Notes under the pieces: generated by a model
The model's input: the letters and a program-made list of their open reading frames with translations, nothing else
What the model was told of the DNA's origin: nothing
The model's database searches: none
In this document: piece by piece, positions 46,341 to 54,726 of the stretch
Numbering within the stretch: position 1 is the first letter of the stretch
Layout of the letters: every line of letters starts with the position of its first letter
Virus record (IMG/VR): IMGVR_UViG_3300027518_000008
Source of the DNA: a virus
Strand: one strand, 5' to 3'
DNA length: 64,000 nt
Program-made: the position numbers and the translations under genes

Positions 46341-47303
46341 TTATTCCTTTACTGAGACAGAAGATTGACGGATAGAGTAGGCATCACGTGCCGGGATAAC
46401 CCTTTGCTCTTGGGCTTTGTAGTGGCGCATTGGCCACGACACCTTATACGAACCAGCCACGGCTTTTGATTTACCCTGCATGAGAGCCATCAGTTTTGTC
46501 TGACGGTTCTCAATGATTTCCTCTTTTTCCTTGATAATTTTTTTGGCTTCTACAACCTCGGCAGCCCAAGTCACCGCCTCGTTTTGCAGCACGACTGGCT
46601 CATCCCCATCGTCTGCTACTGGCCAGCACTTAGCTGCATCGTCGGTGTGCTGTGGCTCATACCAAAGGATTTCGTTGGTCTTTTTCCAATGGTCAACCCG
46701 ACGCTGGAAGTCATGGCATAGATGCTCAATGAACAGTAGGCTTTCTTGGTGCGGCTCAAACAAGAATAGCCGCATGGCAATCCCTTGATAGAGTACCGCT
46801 ACACACCCCCACTTGGCATCAAGGATAGACATCTGGCCTTGGAGCTGTAACGGCCCACGATACAGGGGCAGCGTATCTTCTGGGCTACAACCAGCTACCT
46901 TGGCTTCCATTACCCCGACGCCATCGAGCTTGATCTCCCCCTTGCCTGACACCACAAAGATACCGTTGGCTGGGTCATGCTTGATAAAGTGACCCGTACC
47001 CATTGCGTTACCATCTAGGCTACCGCATAGCTGCCAAGAGGAATGGAAGTATGGCTTGGGGTGGTCTAGGTTTAACTTCTCTATGCCCAGCCGCAGCGCA
47101 GCTTCCCGTAGCACTATCTGCTCAAGCCGGTTCCCCCAGTCGGCAGCCTCGGACTCAAATGGCTCCGGCTCTACCAACTGCAAGGCGTCGATGGTCTTGC
47201 GTAGCTCGTCGTTTGGCGTTGAATACCTAGACCTACCCGCAACGGCAGCCAGTCTGCTGCACGACAGCATAGTATCAGGCGTTACCTTCCCGTATCCCTT
47301 CAT
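46341..47303 (-). CDS. YqaJ-like exonuclease
   Basis: SRYSTP, WGNRLE, GSLDG, MEAK, LQ.QM. Confidence 0.8.
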   Translation of the reverse strand: MKGYGKVTPDTMLSCSRLAAVAGRSRYSTPNDELRKTIDALQLVEPEPFESEAADWGNRLEQIVLREAALRLGIEKLNLDHPKPYFHSSWQLCGSLDGNAMGTGHFIKHDPANGIFVVSGKGEIKLDGVGVMEAKVAGCSPEDTLPLYRGPLQLQGQMSILDAKWGCVAVLYQGIAMRLFLFEPHQESLLFIEHLCHDFQRRVDHWKKTNEILWYEPQHTDDAAKCWPVADDGDEPVVLQNEAVTWAAEVVEAKKIIKEKEEIIENRQTKLMALMQGKSKAVAGSYKVSWPMRHYKAQEQRVIPARDAYSIRQSSVSVKE

Positions 47304-47410
47304 TTCTTTTCCCCTTTCTGTGATGGTGGAACCCATCCGTGTTGTTTGAATGTACGTACAACGTCTGTACGCTCAACTAGAACGTACGGTTTACCAGTCA
47401 ACAGGCTCAT
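47300..47410 (-). CDS. Hypothetical protein (36 aa)
   Basis: Hand translation MSLLTGKPYVLVERTDVVRTFKQHGWVPPSQKGEKK; ATGA overlap. Confidence 0.5.
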   Translation of the reverse strand: MSLLTGKPYVLVERTDVVRTFKQHGWVPPSQKGEKK

Positions 47411-47426
47411 CTGCTGAGCCACGTTG

Positions 47427-48110
47427 CTAGGCGGCTTGCTTTTGACTAGCTTCAGGTTTGTCATTTCTTACCCTTTTTAATAAACGTGAGACTTGCATAT
47501 CCGACCAGTTCTTACACCCCCGGGGCGTCAGAATCCCCCTTGCTTCTAGCCCACGACCTACGCCGTTGAGCGACTTGATGCCCTGTGCCTCAAGGTCTTT
47601 GACTACGACGCCAATCTTCTTGGCGTAGTCAGAAGCCCTACGAGCTAACGTCTGCCTGCCCTTGCCTGCCGAATCTGCCAGACGTGGGTTGCCAAGTTTT
47701 ACCCCTCGGGCCTTGGCTGCGGCTAACGCCTCCTTTGTTCTGATTGAAATTTTTTCCCGTTCTTCTTGGGCAATGACTGCCCGTATGTTGTACTCAAGGG
47801 TGCTGTGGTTTTGCATATCGGCAATGATTATTTTGATGCCCATCTTGCGAACCCGTAGCAAGAACTCTGCGTCCCTTGATAGCCGGTCTAGCTTGGCCAC
47901 GGCAAGCGGTAGCTTGTGGCGCTGAGCGTAGTTGATTGCTTGGGCCAGCTCTGGGCGCTCATCGTCTGCGCCAGACTCAACCTCAACGAATGAGTACAGT
48001 ACCATCGTATCTGGGATATTCTTGATGGCTTGCATCTGCGCCTCTAGCCCTAGTCCGCTGCGGCCTTGGCGCTCTGTGGATACACGGTAATACGCAACTA
48101 TCTTCTGCAT
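47427..48110 (-). CDS. Small serine recombinase (resolvase/invertase family)
   Basis: AYYRVST..Q, SG...RPEL, KLDRLSR; C-terminal HTH-like segment. Confidence 0.92.
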   Translation of the reverse strand: MQKIVAYYRVSTERQGRSGLGLEAQMQAIKNIPDTMVLYSFVEVESGADDERPELAQAINYAQRHKLPLAVAKLDRLSRDAEFLLRVRKMGIKIIIADMQNHSTLEYNIRAVIAQEEREKISIRTKEALAAAKARGVKLGNPRLADSAGKGRQTLARRASDYAKKIGVVVKDLEAQGIKSLNGVGRGLEARGILTPRGCKNWSDMQVSRLLKRVRNDKPEASQKQAA

Positions 48111-48221
48111 GACTTAATCTCCTGAAACGGTAGTTAAGATTTATCGAGAGCTCAATGTACCACAACTGTATTGCTCAATGCAATCTCGATGATATAATGG
48201 ATTACCCTTATAGGAGATGGT

Positions 48222-48413
48222 ATGCAACCGCTGCGAAAGTACAACACATTCATAGTCCGGCTTCGACCGTACACCCGAGAGCTGCTAGACCGGGCCGCCG
48301 AAGACCAACGCCGCAGTCGGGCCAGCCTTGTAGATGAGGCCATCATAGCCTTCTTACAGCCCCGCTATTCGGATGTTACAACCCGGCTGGACAAACTGCT
48401 GGGGCCGAAGTGA
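48222..48413 (+). CDS. Ribbon-helix-helix (Arc-like) regulator
   Basis: FIVRL...ELLDRAAE..RRSRASLVDEAI; divergent from recombinase. Confidence 0.7.
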   Translation: MQPLRKYNTFIVRLRPYTRELLDRAAEDQRRSRASLVDEAIIAFLQPRYSDVTTRLDKLLGPK

Positions 48414-48799
48414 AAGGCCGTGGAAGGCGTCAAAAGGGCGCCCGTGGGGAGAACGAACTAGCCCAGCTACTAACTGACCAGCTTGGCTTTGTGGTCAAGC
48501 GCAAGCTAGGGCAGGCCCGGGATGGTGGGGATGACATACAGGTAGGCAAGTATAAGATTGAAGTTAAGAGACATGAGCGCCTATCGGTGATGGACTGGGT
48601 GCGTCAGGTAGAGGCAACCTGCGGGTTAGGGGAAGTACCTATTGTGGTATTCCGCCAGAACGGTCAACCTTGGCGTGCGGTTGTACCGCTAGATACTTTG
48701 GTGTTTGCAATTAGGGAATCAATAGATGTCAATAACGAACAAAAATCTCAAGAGCATGACTCAGGTAGTGGAGTCGATAACGGGCAAGCGGTGGTGTAG
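48410..48799 (+). CDS. Holliday junction resolvase-like PD-(D/E)XK nuclease
   Basis: KG..GE.E, GGDDI, IEVKR. Confidence 0.75.
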   Translation: MKGRGRRQKGARGENELAQLLTDQLGFVVKRKLGQARDGGDDIQVGKYKIEVKRHERLSVMDWVRQVEATCGLGEVPIVVFRQNGQPWRAVVPLDTLVFAIRESIDVNNEQKSQEHDSGSGVDNGQAVV

Positions 48800-48914
48800 C
48801 AATTGTCAGCACAGCCAAGTGGCGAAGGGGGGTGTATGGAAGGTGACAAACAACAACCAGAGGCAAAGGTGGATATGCCAGTTGTGTGTAACAAAAAAAC
48901 AAGGCATTGTGTAG
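48726..48914 (+). CDS. Small zinc-finger protein
   Basis: WCSNC...WICQLC. Confidence 0.55.
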   Translation: MSITNKNLKSMTQVVESITGKRWCSNCQHSQVAKGGVWKVTNNNQRQRWICQLCVTKKQGIV

Positions 48915-48989
48915 AGTGTTACCACAGCTCTGGGCCTTACACGTTTTTGTGGTGCGGGTTTTACGACAAGCCAACATCGGGTAAGACTT

Positions 48990-49334
48990 GTGATTCATTC
49001 CAACGATATGCAATCAAACTCCCCAAGTGGGAATAAGGAGAATAGAGATGAAAGACTGGTCTGTTTTGCGTGCAATCAAATCCATACTGGGGCTAGACTC
49101 ATCACCACGGAAGATGGCCGAACCCTTGGCAATTATTCCGCAGAGTATTTCCTCTACGGCGAAGCCTGTTGGGTCTTCAAAAAGAAGAAGACCAAGAACA
49201 CTAGGCGCCAGTACCTCGAGCAAATCAGGGAAATCCGTGGGCAAGAAGCCTACCTCAAGCTCCACGAAGAAATGATGCGGATATGGACTGCTCGAAATGC
49301 GAAGCTCCAACAGAAGCAGGAATCACAAAAGTAA
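48990..49334 (+). CDS. Hypothetical protein
   Basis: CFAC..IH; start uncertain. Confidence 0.5.
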   Translation: MIHSNDMQSNSPSGNKENRDERLVCFACNQIHTGARLITTEDGRTLGNYSAEYFLYGEACWVFKKKKTKNTRRQYLEQIREIRGQEAYLKLHEEMMRIWTARNAKLQQKQESQK

Positions 49335-49427
49335 TCAAAACTACCCCGCTACTTGTCTCGACCTATCGGATATGCACTAAGTGCGGGTTTACATTTTGGG
49401 CTTACGAATTAAAAGAAGGGGAAGACG

Positions 49428-49643
49428 ATGAAGGCAAAGCTGATATTCAACCTACCAGATGACCAGTATGAGTACGATTGTGCGGTGCAGGGGGTGAAGT
49501 TTAAGCACGCACTTGAGGCGCTATCTAGTGCCTTTAGGAATGAGATGAAGTACACCGGAACCCATGATGCAGAGCACTTCATGGATATATTCTGGGAGAC
49601 TCTGAACGACCACGACGTAAGGTTACACCATGACAGACCGTGA
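49428..49643 (+). CDS. Hypothetical protein
   Basis: GGGGAAG RBS; MKAKLIFNLPDD. Confidence 0.6.
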   Translation: MKAKLIFNLPDDQYEYDCAVQGVKFKHALEALSSAFRNEMKYTGTHDAEHFMDIFWETLNDHDVRLHHDRP

Positions 49644-49875
49644 ACTAATAGAACAATGGCTTAGACCGGGAGCGATTATTCCTGTCAACAACAATGCCAT
49701 TCGTGTCCTTTTAGAAGCCCTGCGTGACCGACTAGCGCAGCCTGAATGGGTTGGGCTGACGGATGATGAAATCTATGACTATGCAGACAAGTTTCTTTAT
49801 CAGCATGGCAGTAATTTTGGAATCAAGTCATTTGGTAAAGCCATAGAAGCCAAACTAAAGGAGAAGAACACATGA
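49630..49875 (+). CDS. Hypothetical protein
   Basis: WVGLTDDEI motif typical of phage accessory ORFs. Confidence 0.55.
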   Translation: MTDRELIEQWLRPGAIIPVNNNAIRVLLEALRDRLAQPEWVGLTDDEIYDYADKFLYQHGSNFGIKSFGKAIEAKLKEKNT

Positions 49876-50528
49876 TTGACATTGTGGTTGGCTTTGACCA
49901 GCGGGAAGCGGTGGCCTACCATACGTTTTGCCAGTCGGTGATCGACAATTGCAGCGAACCGGTGCGATTCACCCCGTTGGTGGCCAATAATGTAGAACGG
50001 AAAGGAGGGTCAAATGACTTCATCTATTCAAGGTTTCTCGTACCGCATCTCATGGGCTACCGTGGTTGGGCCATCTTCGCAGACGGGGACATGGTCTGCC
50101 GTGAAGATATTGCCCGACTCTGGGAAATGCGTGACGATAGATACGCAGTCCAAGTCGTCCAACACGACTACCAGACCAAGCACCCCCGCAAGTATCTTGG
50201 AAATAAGAACGAGAATTACCCCAGAAAAAACTGGTCAAGCCTGATTCTTTGGAACTGCGCCCATATTGCTAACCGCTGCTTGGACAAGCAGACCATTGAT
50301 GCGGTAGAGGGTTCGTTCCTGCATCGGTTTGGCTGGCTTAACGAGTCTGAGATTGGCGAGTTGCCGCTTACTTGGAACTGGCTGGCAATGGAGTACCCGG
50401 GCAATGACAACGCCCAGATTGTGCATTACACCATTGGCACACCTTGCTTTGGAGCATATCAAAATTGCGATATGTCTGAGTATTGGTGGCTGTCTTACAA
50501 ACGAATGAATCAGGGGGTGGACGATTGA
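49872..50528 (+). CDS. Glycosyltransferase, GT8-like
   Basis: FADGDM (DxD), YPRKNWSS..LWN, WNWL, HYT.G.P. Confidence 0.78.
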   Translation: MIDIVVGFDQREAVAYHTFCQSVIDNCSEPVRFTPLVANNVERKGGSNDFIYSRFLVPHLMGYRGWAIFADGDMVCREDIARLWEMRDDRYAVQVVQHDYQTKHPRKYLGNKNENYPRKNWSSLILWNCAHIANRCLDKQTIDAVEGSFLHRFGWLNESEIGELPLTWNWLAMEYPGNDNAQIVHYTIGTPCFGAYQNCDMSEYWWLSYKRMNQGVDD

Positions 50529-50638
50529 ATAATGGAATGATAGCGGCTCATCTGTACGCACAAAGCGCAGCGTGGTTCTTACTATGTATGCTTGGCGTTA
50601 TTATCATTGCGGGGTGGCTCGAATGGCGTCGTGGCTGA
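50525..50638 (+). CDS. Small membrane peptide (37 aa)
   Basis: Hand translation MNNGMIAAHLYAQSAAWFLLCMLGVIIIAGWLEWRRG; homolog of 10137-10250. Confidence 0.65.
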   Translation: MNNGMIAAHLYAQSAAWFLLCMLGVIIIAGWLEWRRG

Positions 50639-50769
50639 TAGGAATCATAGGAATTATCTATATTGTGGTGGCCATTGACCTTTACCGTTCGGGAAAGTCG
50701 TATCTTGCGCTGATGTTCTTGGGCTACGCTGTGGCTCAGGTGGGCATATGGCTGGAATCTGGCAAGTGA
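50623..50769 (+). CDS. Small two-TM membrane protein
   Basis: MASWLIGIIG...FLGY; homolog of 10009-10152. Confidence 0.65.
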   Translation: MASWLIGIIGIIYIVVAIDLYRSGKSYLALMFLGYAVAQVGIWLESGK

Positions 50770-51188
50770 GCTACAAGCAGTTTGACCAGCAGCTCCACGA
50801 CGAGAACGATCCGCCAGCACGTAAGGCTGTATCTGACTTCATAACCCGGGCGTGGGGGCTTGGCGCTGAGGAAGGCGGCAAGTACGACGTGGACTTATTC
50901 GTGTTGGACAGCACGAAGATGTACAAGGGTGCGGTTGAGATTGAGCGTAGGCACAACTGGGTGGATAAGTTCCCATTCAAGACCGTACACGTACCTCATC
51001 GCAAGGCTAAGTTTTTTGGGTTCTTTCCCACGATACTCTTTGTGCTGCGTAGCGACATGAAGCAGGGTATGTGGGCACATGGCAGCGTGATTGTGGAATC
51101 CCCTGTCGTGAGGGTGGATAACAAATATGTTAATGATGAGCCCTTCTTTGACGTACCGCTAAGCAGATGGACTCGGGTAAATCTCTAA
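50766..51188 (+). CDS. Possible PD-(D/E)XK-fold protein
   Basis: DVDL...VEIERR..W. Confidence 0.5.
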   Translation: MSYKQFDQQLHDENDPPARKAVSDFITRAWGLGAEEGGKYDVDLFVLDSTKMYKGAVEIERRHNWVDKFPFKTVHVPHRKAKFFGFFPTILFVLRSDMKQGMWAHGSVIVESPVVRVDNKYVNDEPFFDVPLSRWTRVNL

Positions 51189-51475
51189 AAACTGGGATTT
51201 GAAAACCAATTTGGATTTTGCGGCTAGCGGTGCAGGCCCATAGCGACCCGTGAGATCCCCGTGTAAGTGCTTACTTACCCAACCGGCGAACGAATGAAGC
51301 GAACCCGCCGAGCAAGCCGAGCAAGAATAAGCACGCCCAAGCCGGAACGATTAGAACGGCGATAGCGGCCTTGTAAAGTATCGGGTAAGGGGTAGATATA
51401 CCCTTTTTAGTTGTCGTCATGTGGGCCATTCTATGCGGTTTTCTTTGTGTGTGCGCTTACTAACCTAATCAACTC

Positions 51476-51504
51476 AAAAAAACCCCGAGGGATTAGCTCG
51501 GGGC
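51476..51504 (-). terminator. Rho-independent terminator of leftward small-ORF operon
   Basis: CCCCGAG-CTAATCC-CTCGGGG then T7 on the minus strand. Confidence 0.75.
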
Positions 51505-51517
51505 TTATTTCAGGGGA

Positions 51518-51688
51518 CTAGGCGACAACCCATATATCGGCGGCCTTAACTATCCAATTCACGACGGGATTCCCCACGGGCTTAATTGTGAATGATTCCA
51601 GCTCGGGATTCTCCGCCCAATTGTGATTGAGTATCTCGCACAATGTCGGCGGCCAAGTTGGATCATCTAGCAAGTAACAGTAACTCAT
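51518..51688 (-). CDS. Hypothetical protein (56 aa)
   Basis: AAGGGG RBS; hand translation MSYCYLLDDPTW... Confidence 0.55.
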   Translation of the reverse strand: MSYCYLLDDPTWPPTLCEILNHNWAENPELESFTIKPVGNPVVNWIVKAADIWVVA

Positions 51689-51697
51689 ATTTTCCCC

Positions 51698-51901
51698 TTA
51701 TTCCTCAGTTATTCCGGCGCACCTGATTGCCATTCCCGAAAGAAAATCGGGAGCCGAGTCTTGCCCAATCTCGTAGGCAATTGGAGAGCCGTCTATTGTC
51801 AGGGCGGCGTATTTTTCAATCCTGCCTGAATCTACGCCATGTCCCAGCGTTTCGTCTAGGTCTTCCAGCGATTCACATTCGACATAAAGTAAAACTCTCA
51901 T
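51698..51901 (-). CDS. Hypothetical acidic protein
   Basis: AAGGGG RBS; ORF track. Confidence 0.6.
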   Translation of the reverse strand: MRVLLYVECESLEDLDETLGHGVDSGRIEKYAALTIDGSPIAYEIGQDSAPDFLSGMAIRCAGITEE

Positions 51902-51912
51902 TATTTAACCCC

Positions 51913-52062
51913 TTAAATGATGATTATTTTATCGAGCATTTTGGAGCCGAAACGCTGGGCTATTTTGTTTTCCAATGCCTTGCTCAATGCCGCTTTTCTT
52001 TCTTGTGGCGTTTGTTTTGGTTGTTCTTGTTTTGGCTGTTGTTTCTTTGTTTCCTGATTCAT
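51913..52062 (-). CDS. Hypothetical protein (49 aa)
   Basis: AAGGGG RBS before MNQETKK. Confidence 0.5.
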   Translation of the reverse strand: MNQETKKQQPKQEQPKQTPQERKAALSKALENKIAQRFGSKMLDKIIII

Positions 52063-52145
52063 AGTAAAACCCCTTTTATAGTTGGAATGACGGGAAACCC
52101 CCGCCCCGTTATCCCCTGCAAGCAAGGGATAAAAGGCCGGAGATT

Positions 52146-52379
52146 TTAAGCTCTTTCCTCTTGTTCGATATGGCTAGCAATTTCGTTCCAATTTACATAG
52201 GACAAAAACGCCAGCGCATAATCTAATGCAATTCCCTCGGCTTGTTCCTCAACTACTGACTCGACATAATCCCTACATTCTTGAGCCGTTTTATAGTATT
52301 CGCTGGCTCCGTCGTCGAAAAATTCAAGGTTAACCCGCCAAGTAGCGTAGTTAGTCCAACCGTTGCAAGTTTTATCCAT
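52146..52379 (-). CDS. Early-type hypothetical protein
   Basis: NGWTNYATWRVNL; VNW.EIA; AAGGGG RBS. Confidence 0.7.
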   Translation of the reverse strand: MDKTCNGWTNYATWRVNLEFFDDGASEYYKTAQECRDYVESVVEEQAEGIALDYALAFLSYVNWNEIASHIEQEERA

Positions 52380-52389
52380 TTTTAACCCC

Positions 52390-52464
52390 TTATTTGATTG
52401 ACCATGGCCGCATGATGAGAACGACGGCGGCTAACCCAGCGAGTAGAGCGAGAATATCTAGCAT
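52390..52464 (-). CDS. 24-aa hydrophobic peptide
   Basis: AAGGGG RBS; MLDILALLAGLAAVVLIMRPWSIK. Confidence 0.5.
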   Translation of the reverse strand: MLDILALLAGLAAVVLIMRPWSIK

Positions 52465-52563
52465 AGTGAACCCCTTTATAGTGATTAGGAATCCGTAAGA
52501 TACATAACAATCGTAAAGGGTTCAACTTGATACACCTAGGGAAAACCCGTATCTTGACTAGAT

Positions 52564-53247
52564 ATGTCGGGATTTAATCTACCCAAGAAGCCCAAGTTAA
52601 AGCTCAGGGAACCGCCGCCGCCCAGCCGGTTCGCCGTGGTTCCGTCGAGAGCTATCGGGGATGAGAGACTGACTAATCGACAATTCAGGGTTCTAGCGGC
52701 CTTGTCGAGCTTTGCGAACCGTGGGGGATTCTTATGGGCGGGACAGCAAGCTATCGGCGCAAAGCTGGGGATAACTAAGCAAGCGGCCAGCTTGCATATT
52801 AAGAAGCTCAGGGAAAAGGGATATGTCGAGCGAGTATCGGGCGGGATATGGGGACAGCGAGGCGATACGAACCGAATCATATATGACCAAGCGATAACGG
52901 CAAGCGAGGCGCTGGCGCTCGCTAGCTCGGATGACATCCCGCCAGCTATTGAACATAAGAGGAACCTAGATATGGCAAGAGGAAAGAGGAAAGCTATCGA
53001 TAAAAGCAAGCCGATAGAGGAAACGAATCAAGAGAAAACGGTTGATATAACTACACGGGAACCGTTTGAGGCGTACTCTCAGGAGATGGGGGTAGAGCTG
53101 CGCAAGAGCGAGGCCGACCTACTCGGCGACCAGCTCATCGCCTCGATTGATTGGGCGACCCATGCCGATACATTCTCTGCGTTCGTGCGAACCCTGCGCC
53201 CGTCGAGCTACACAAAGGCCGTGAGGGCTTATCTACAAGCCCTATAG
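52564..53247 (+). CDS. HTH replication-initiator-like protein
   Basis: FAVVP..AI.D..LT...RVL..L; W.GQ..I...LG.TKQ..S.HI..L...GY. Confidence 0.7.
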   Translation: MSGFNLPKKPKLKLREPPPPSRFAVVPSRAIGDERLTNRQFRVLAALSSFANRGGFLWAGQQAIGAKLGITKQAASLHIKKLREKGYVERVSGGIWGQRGDTNRIIYDQAITASEALALASSDDIPPAIEHKRNLDMARGKRKAIDKSKPIEETNQEKTVDITTREPFEAYSQEMGVELRKSEADLLGDQLIASIDWATHADTFSAFVRTLRPSSYTKAVRAYLQAL

Positions 53248-53399
53248 GGGCCGTGCTATACAAGGGCAACCGAGCGTTAGCGAGTGGGGGGGTGTACTTT
53301 ATATGTCGCCACGGGGGGAACCCACCCCTTGCCCCCCGCCCATGCGTCATACTGCGTGGGGGCTACACACAAATTTTTGCTGAGATTTTCCTACTAGCG

Positions 53400-53630
53400 G
53401 TATAACCATCTGACGATAGAACACCTCACCCGTGTAGAAACAGGTAGAAAGCCTTATGGCTTGTGGGTTCTCGTTTATCTAGGCTACTGTTACGTTCAAG
53501 CGTCTGGCCCCGATTCTCTAGCGTTCCGGCATCCACCTGCGTCGAGAAAGAAGTACCACCTGATTAGCCACGTTTATCCGGGTCTGTCACCCACAACATT
53601 CCCGAGGGCTGGGTTAATGGCCCCGTGAAA
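53400..53630 (-). ncRNA. Candidate structured ncRNA
   Basis: ORF-free; duplicated GGGGCCA...GATAAACG units; 8-bp long-range complement; strand inferred. Confidence 0.35.
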
Positions 53631-53655
53631 ACAGATTAAACCTTTTCTACCCTAC

Positions 53656-53683
53656 TTGCAAGTCTATTTCATGGTGATATACT
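53656..53683 (+). promoter_or_regulatory. Sigma70-type promoter for packaging/head operon
   Basis: TTGCAA-N16-TATACT with TG extension. Confidence 0.5.
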
Positions 53684-53690
53684 TTTAACC

Positions 53691-53776
53691 GTTGGCTCTC
53701 ACCGGGAAAGTAGCCCAATAGATTCTAGGACAGTACCTAGAATCAATCCTAGGAATTGGGGTGCTTGGGAGCCAAC
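53691..53776 (+). promoter_or_regulatory. Nested hairpin leader
   Basis: GTTGGCTC/GAGCCAAC, CCCAAT/ATTGGG, GATTCTAGG/CCTAGAATC. Confidence 0.6.
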
Positions 53777-53794
53777 ACCTTAAACGGGGGGAAA

Positions 53795-53953
53795 ATGACA
53801 GTAGAGGATTTGTTGCATGGCTTTGTGTTACAGCTACTCAGACGTGGGTTTACCACGGAACAAGTAGCCGAGGCTCTAGCCTCACAGAAGGTGAAGATGA
53901 TGCAGGCTGACGAGTACCTGCAAGCTGTTAAAGAATCAAAACTACAACCATAA
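53795..53953 (+). CDS. Hypothetical protein
   Basis: GGGGGG RBS before ATG. Confidence 0.55.
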   Translation: MTVEDLLHGFVLQLLRRGFTTEQVAEALASQKVKMMQADEYLQAVKESKLQP

Positions 53954-53956
53954 GGG

Positions 53957-54256
53957 GTGAACATGGATAAGTACGTACCTAAGCCGGGTTATGGCTCGGT
54001 GTTTAAGAACGACAAAAAGACGGAAGACTGGCACGGAGATTTTAAGGGCAAGGTCGTGCTGCCAGACGGTAACGAGCACTACGTAGACATCTACAACGCT
54101 AATACCAAGGATGGCCAGCCATACTTCAAGATGAAGATTGGCAAGCCCGTGGCGAACAAAGCTGGGGAATACTCAGCCGCACACAAGCCATTTCCTGCCA
54201 AACAAAAAGCACAACCATCCGGGTTTGACGACGTAGACTCAGACGTACCGTTCTAA
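53957..54256 (+). CDS. Small ssDNA-binding-like protein
   Basis: GSVFKN...DFKGK; DSDVPF tail. Confidence 0.6.
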   Translation: MNMDKYVPKPGYGSVFKNDKKTEDWHGDFKGKVVLPDGNEHYVDIYNANTKDGQPYFKMKIGKPVANKAGEYSAAHKPFPAKQKAQPSGFDDVDSDVPF

Positions 54257-54726
54257 TGACCGCCGCCAAAGGGCAGACACAAATGCCCAACCTCAAGAAC
54301 TGGGGTGGGGTACGTTCCGTACAAAAAAGGCTTACTCGCTCCAATACCCTGTACGCCAACCAGGAAGCTATTGCCTACTCGCTTTTGTCAATGGCCAACA
54401 CCAAGATTACGGACATCATGGAATGGGACGAAGCTGGCAACGTACGGGTAAAGGCTTCGTCTAAGATACCCGAGCACGCCCTAAACGCCATTAAAAAGGT
54501 TTCGGTTAAAACCGATAAGGATGGCAACTCGGTATTGGATATTGAGCTCTACGACAAGGTGGGCGTGCTGCGATTACTGGCCAAAGCTGCCGGGATGCTA
54601 GAGCCAGAACAATCCGAGTCTGACAGGCCAAGCGTTATTGGCATTAACGTTAAGGCCCCAGACATGATAGACGTAACTGAGGAACCAATTGAGCAACCAG
54701 AAAGAGCGCAGCCAGAAGGCGCTTAA
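54256..54726 (+). CDS. terS: Terminase small subunit
   Basis: IELYDK...L..LAK..GM; precedes terL. Confidence 0.7.
   Translation: MTAAKGQTQMPNLKNWGGVRSVQKRLTRSNTLYANQEAIAYSLLSMANTKITDIMEWDEAGNVRVKASSKIPEHALNAIKKVSVKTDKDGNSVLDIELYDKVGVLRLLAKAAGMLEPEQSESDRPSVIGINVKAPDMIDVTEEPIEQPERAQPEGA

Noticed and set aside
53410-53445. Hammerhead ribozyme (CTGACGA...GAAA)
   Set aside because: Core-like words are present but stem II does not close properly next to them, and I could not build stems I and III.
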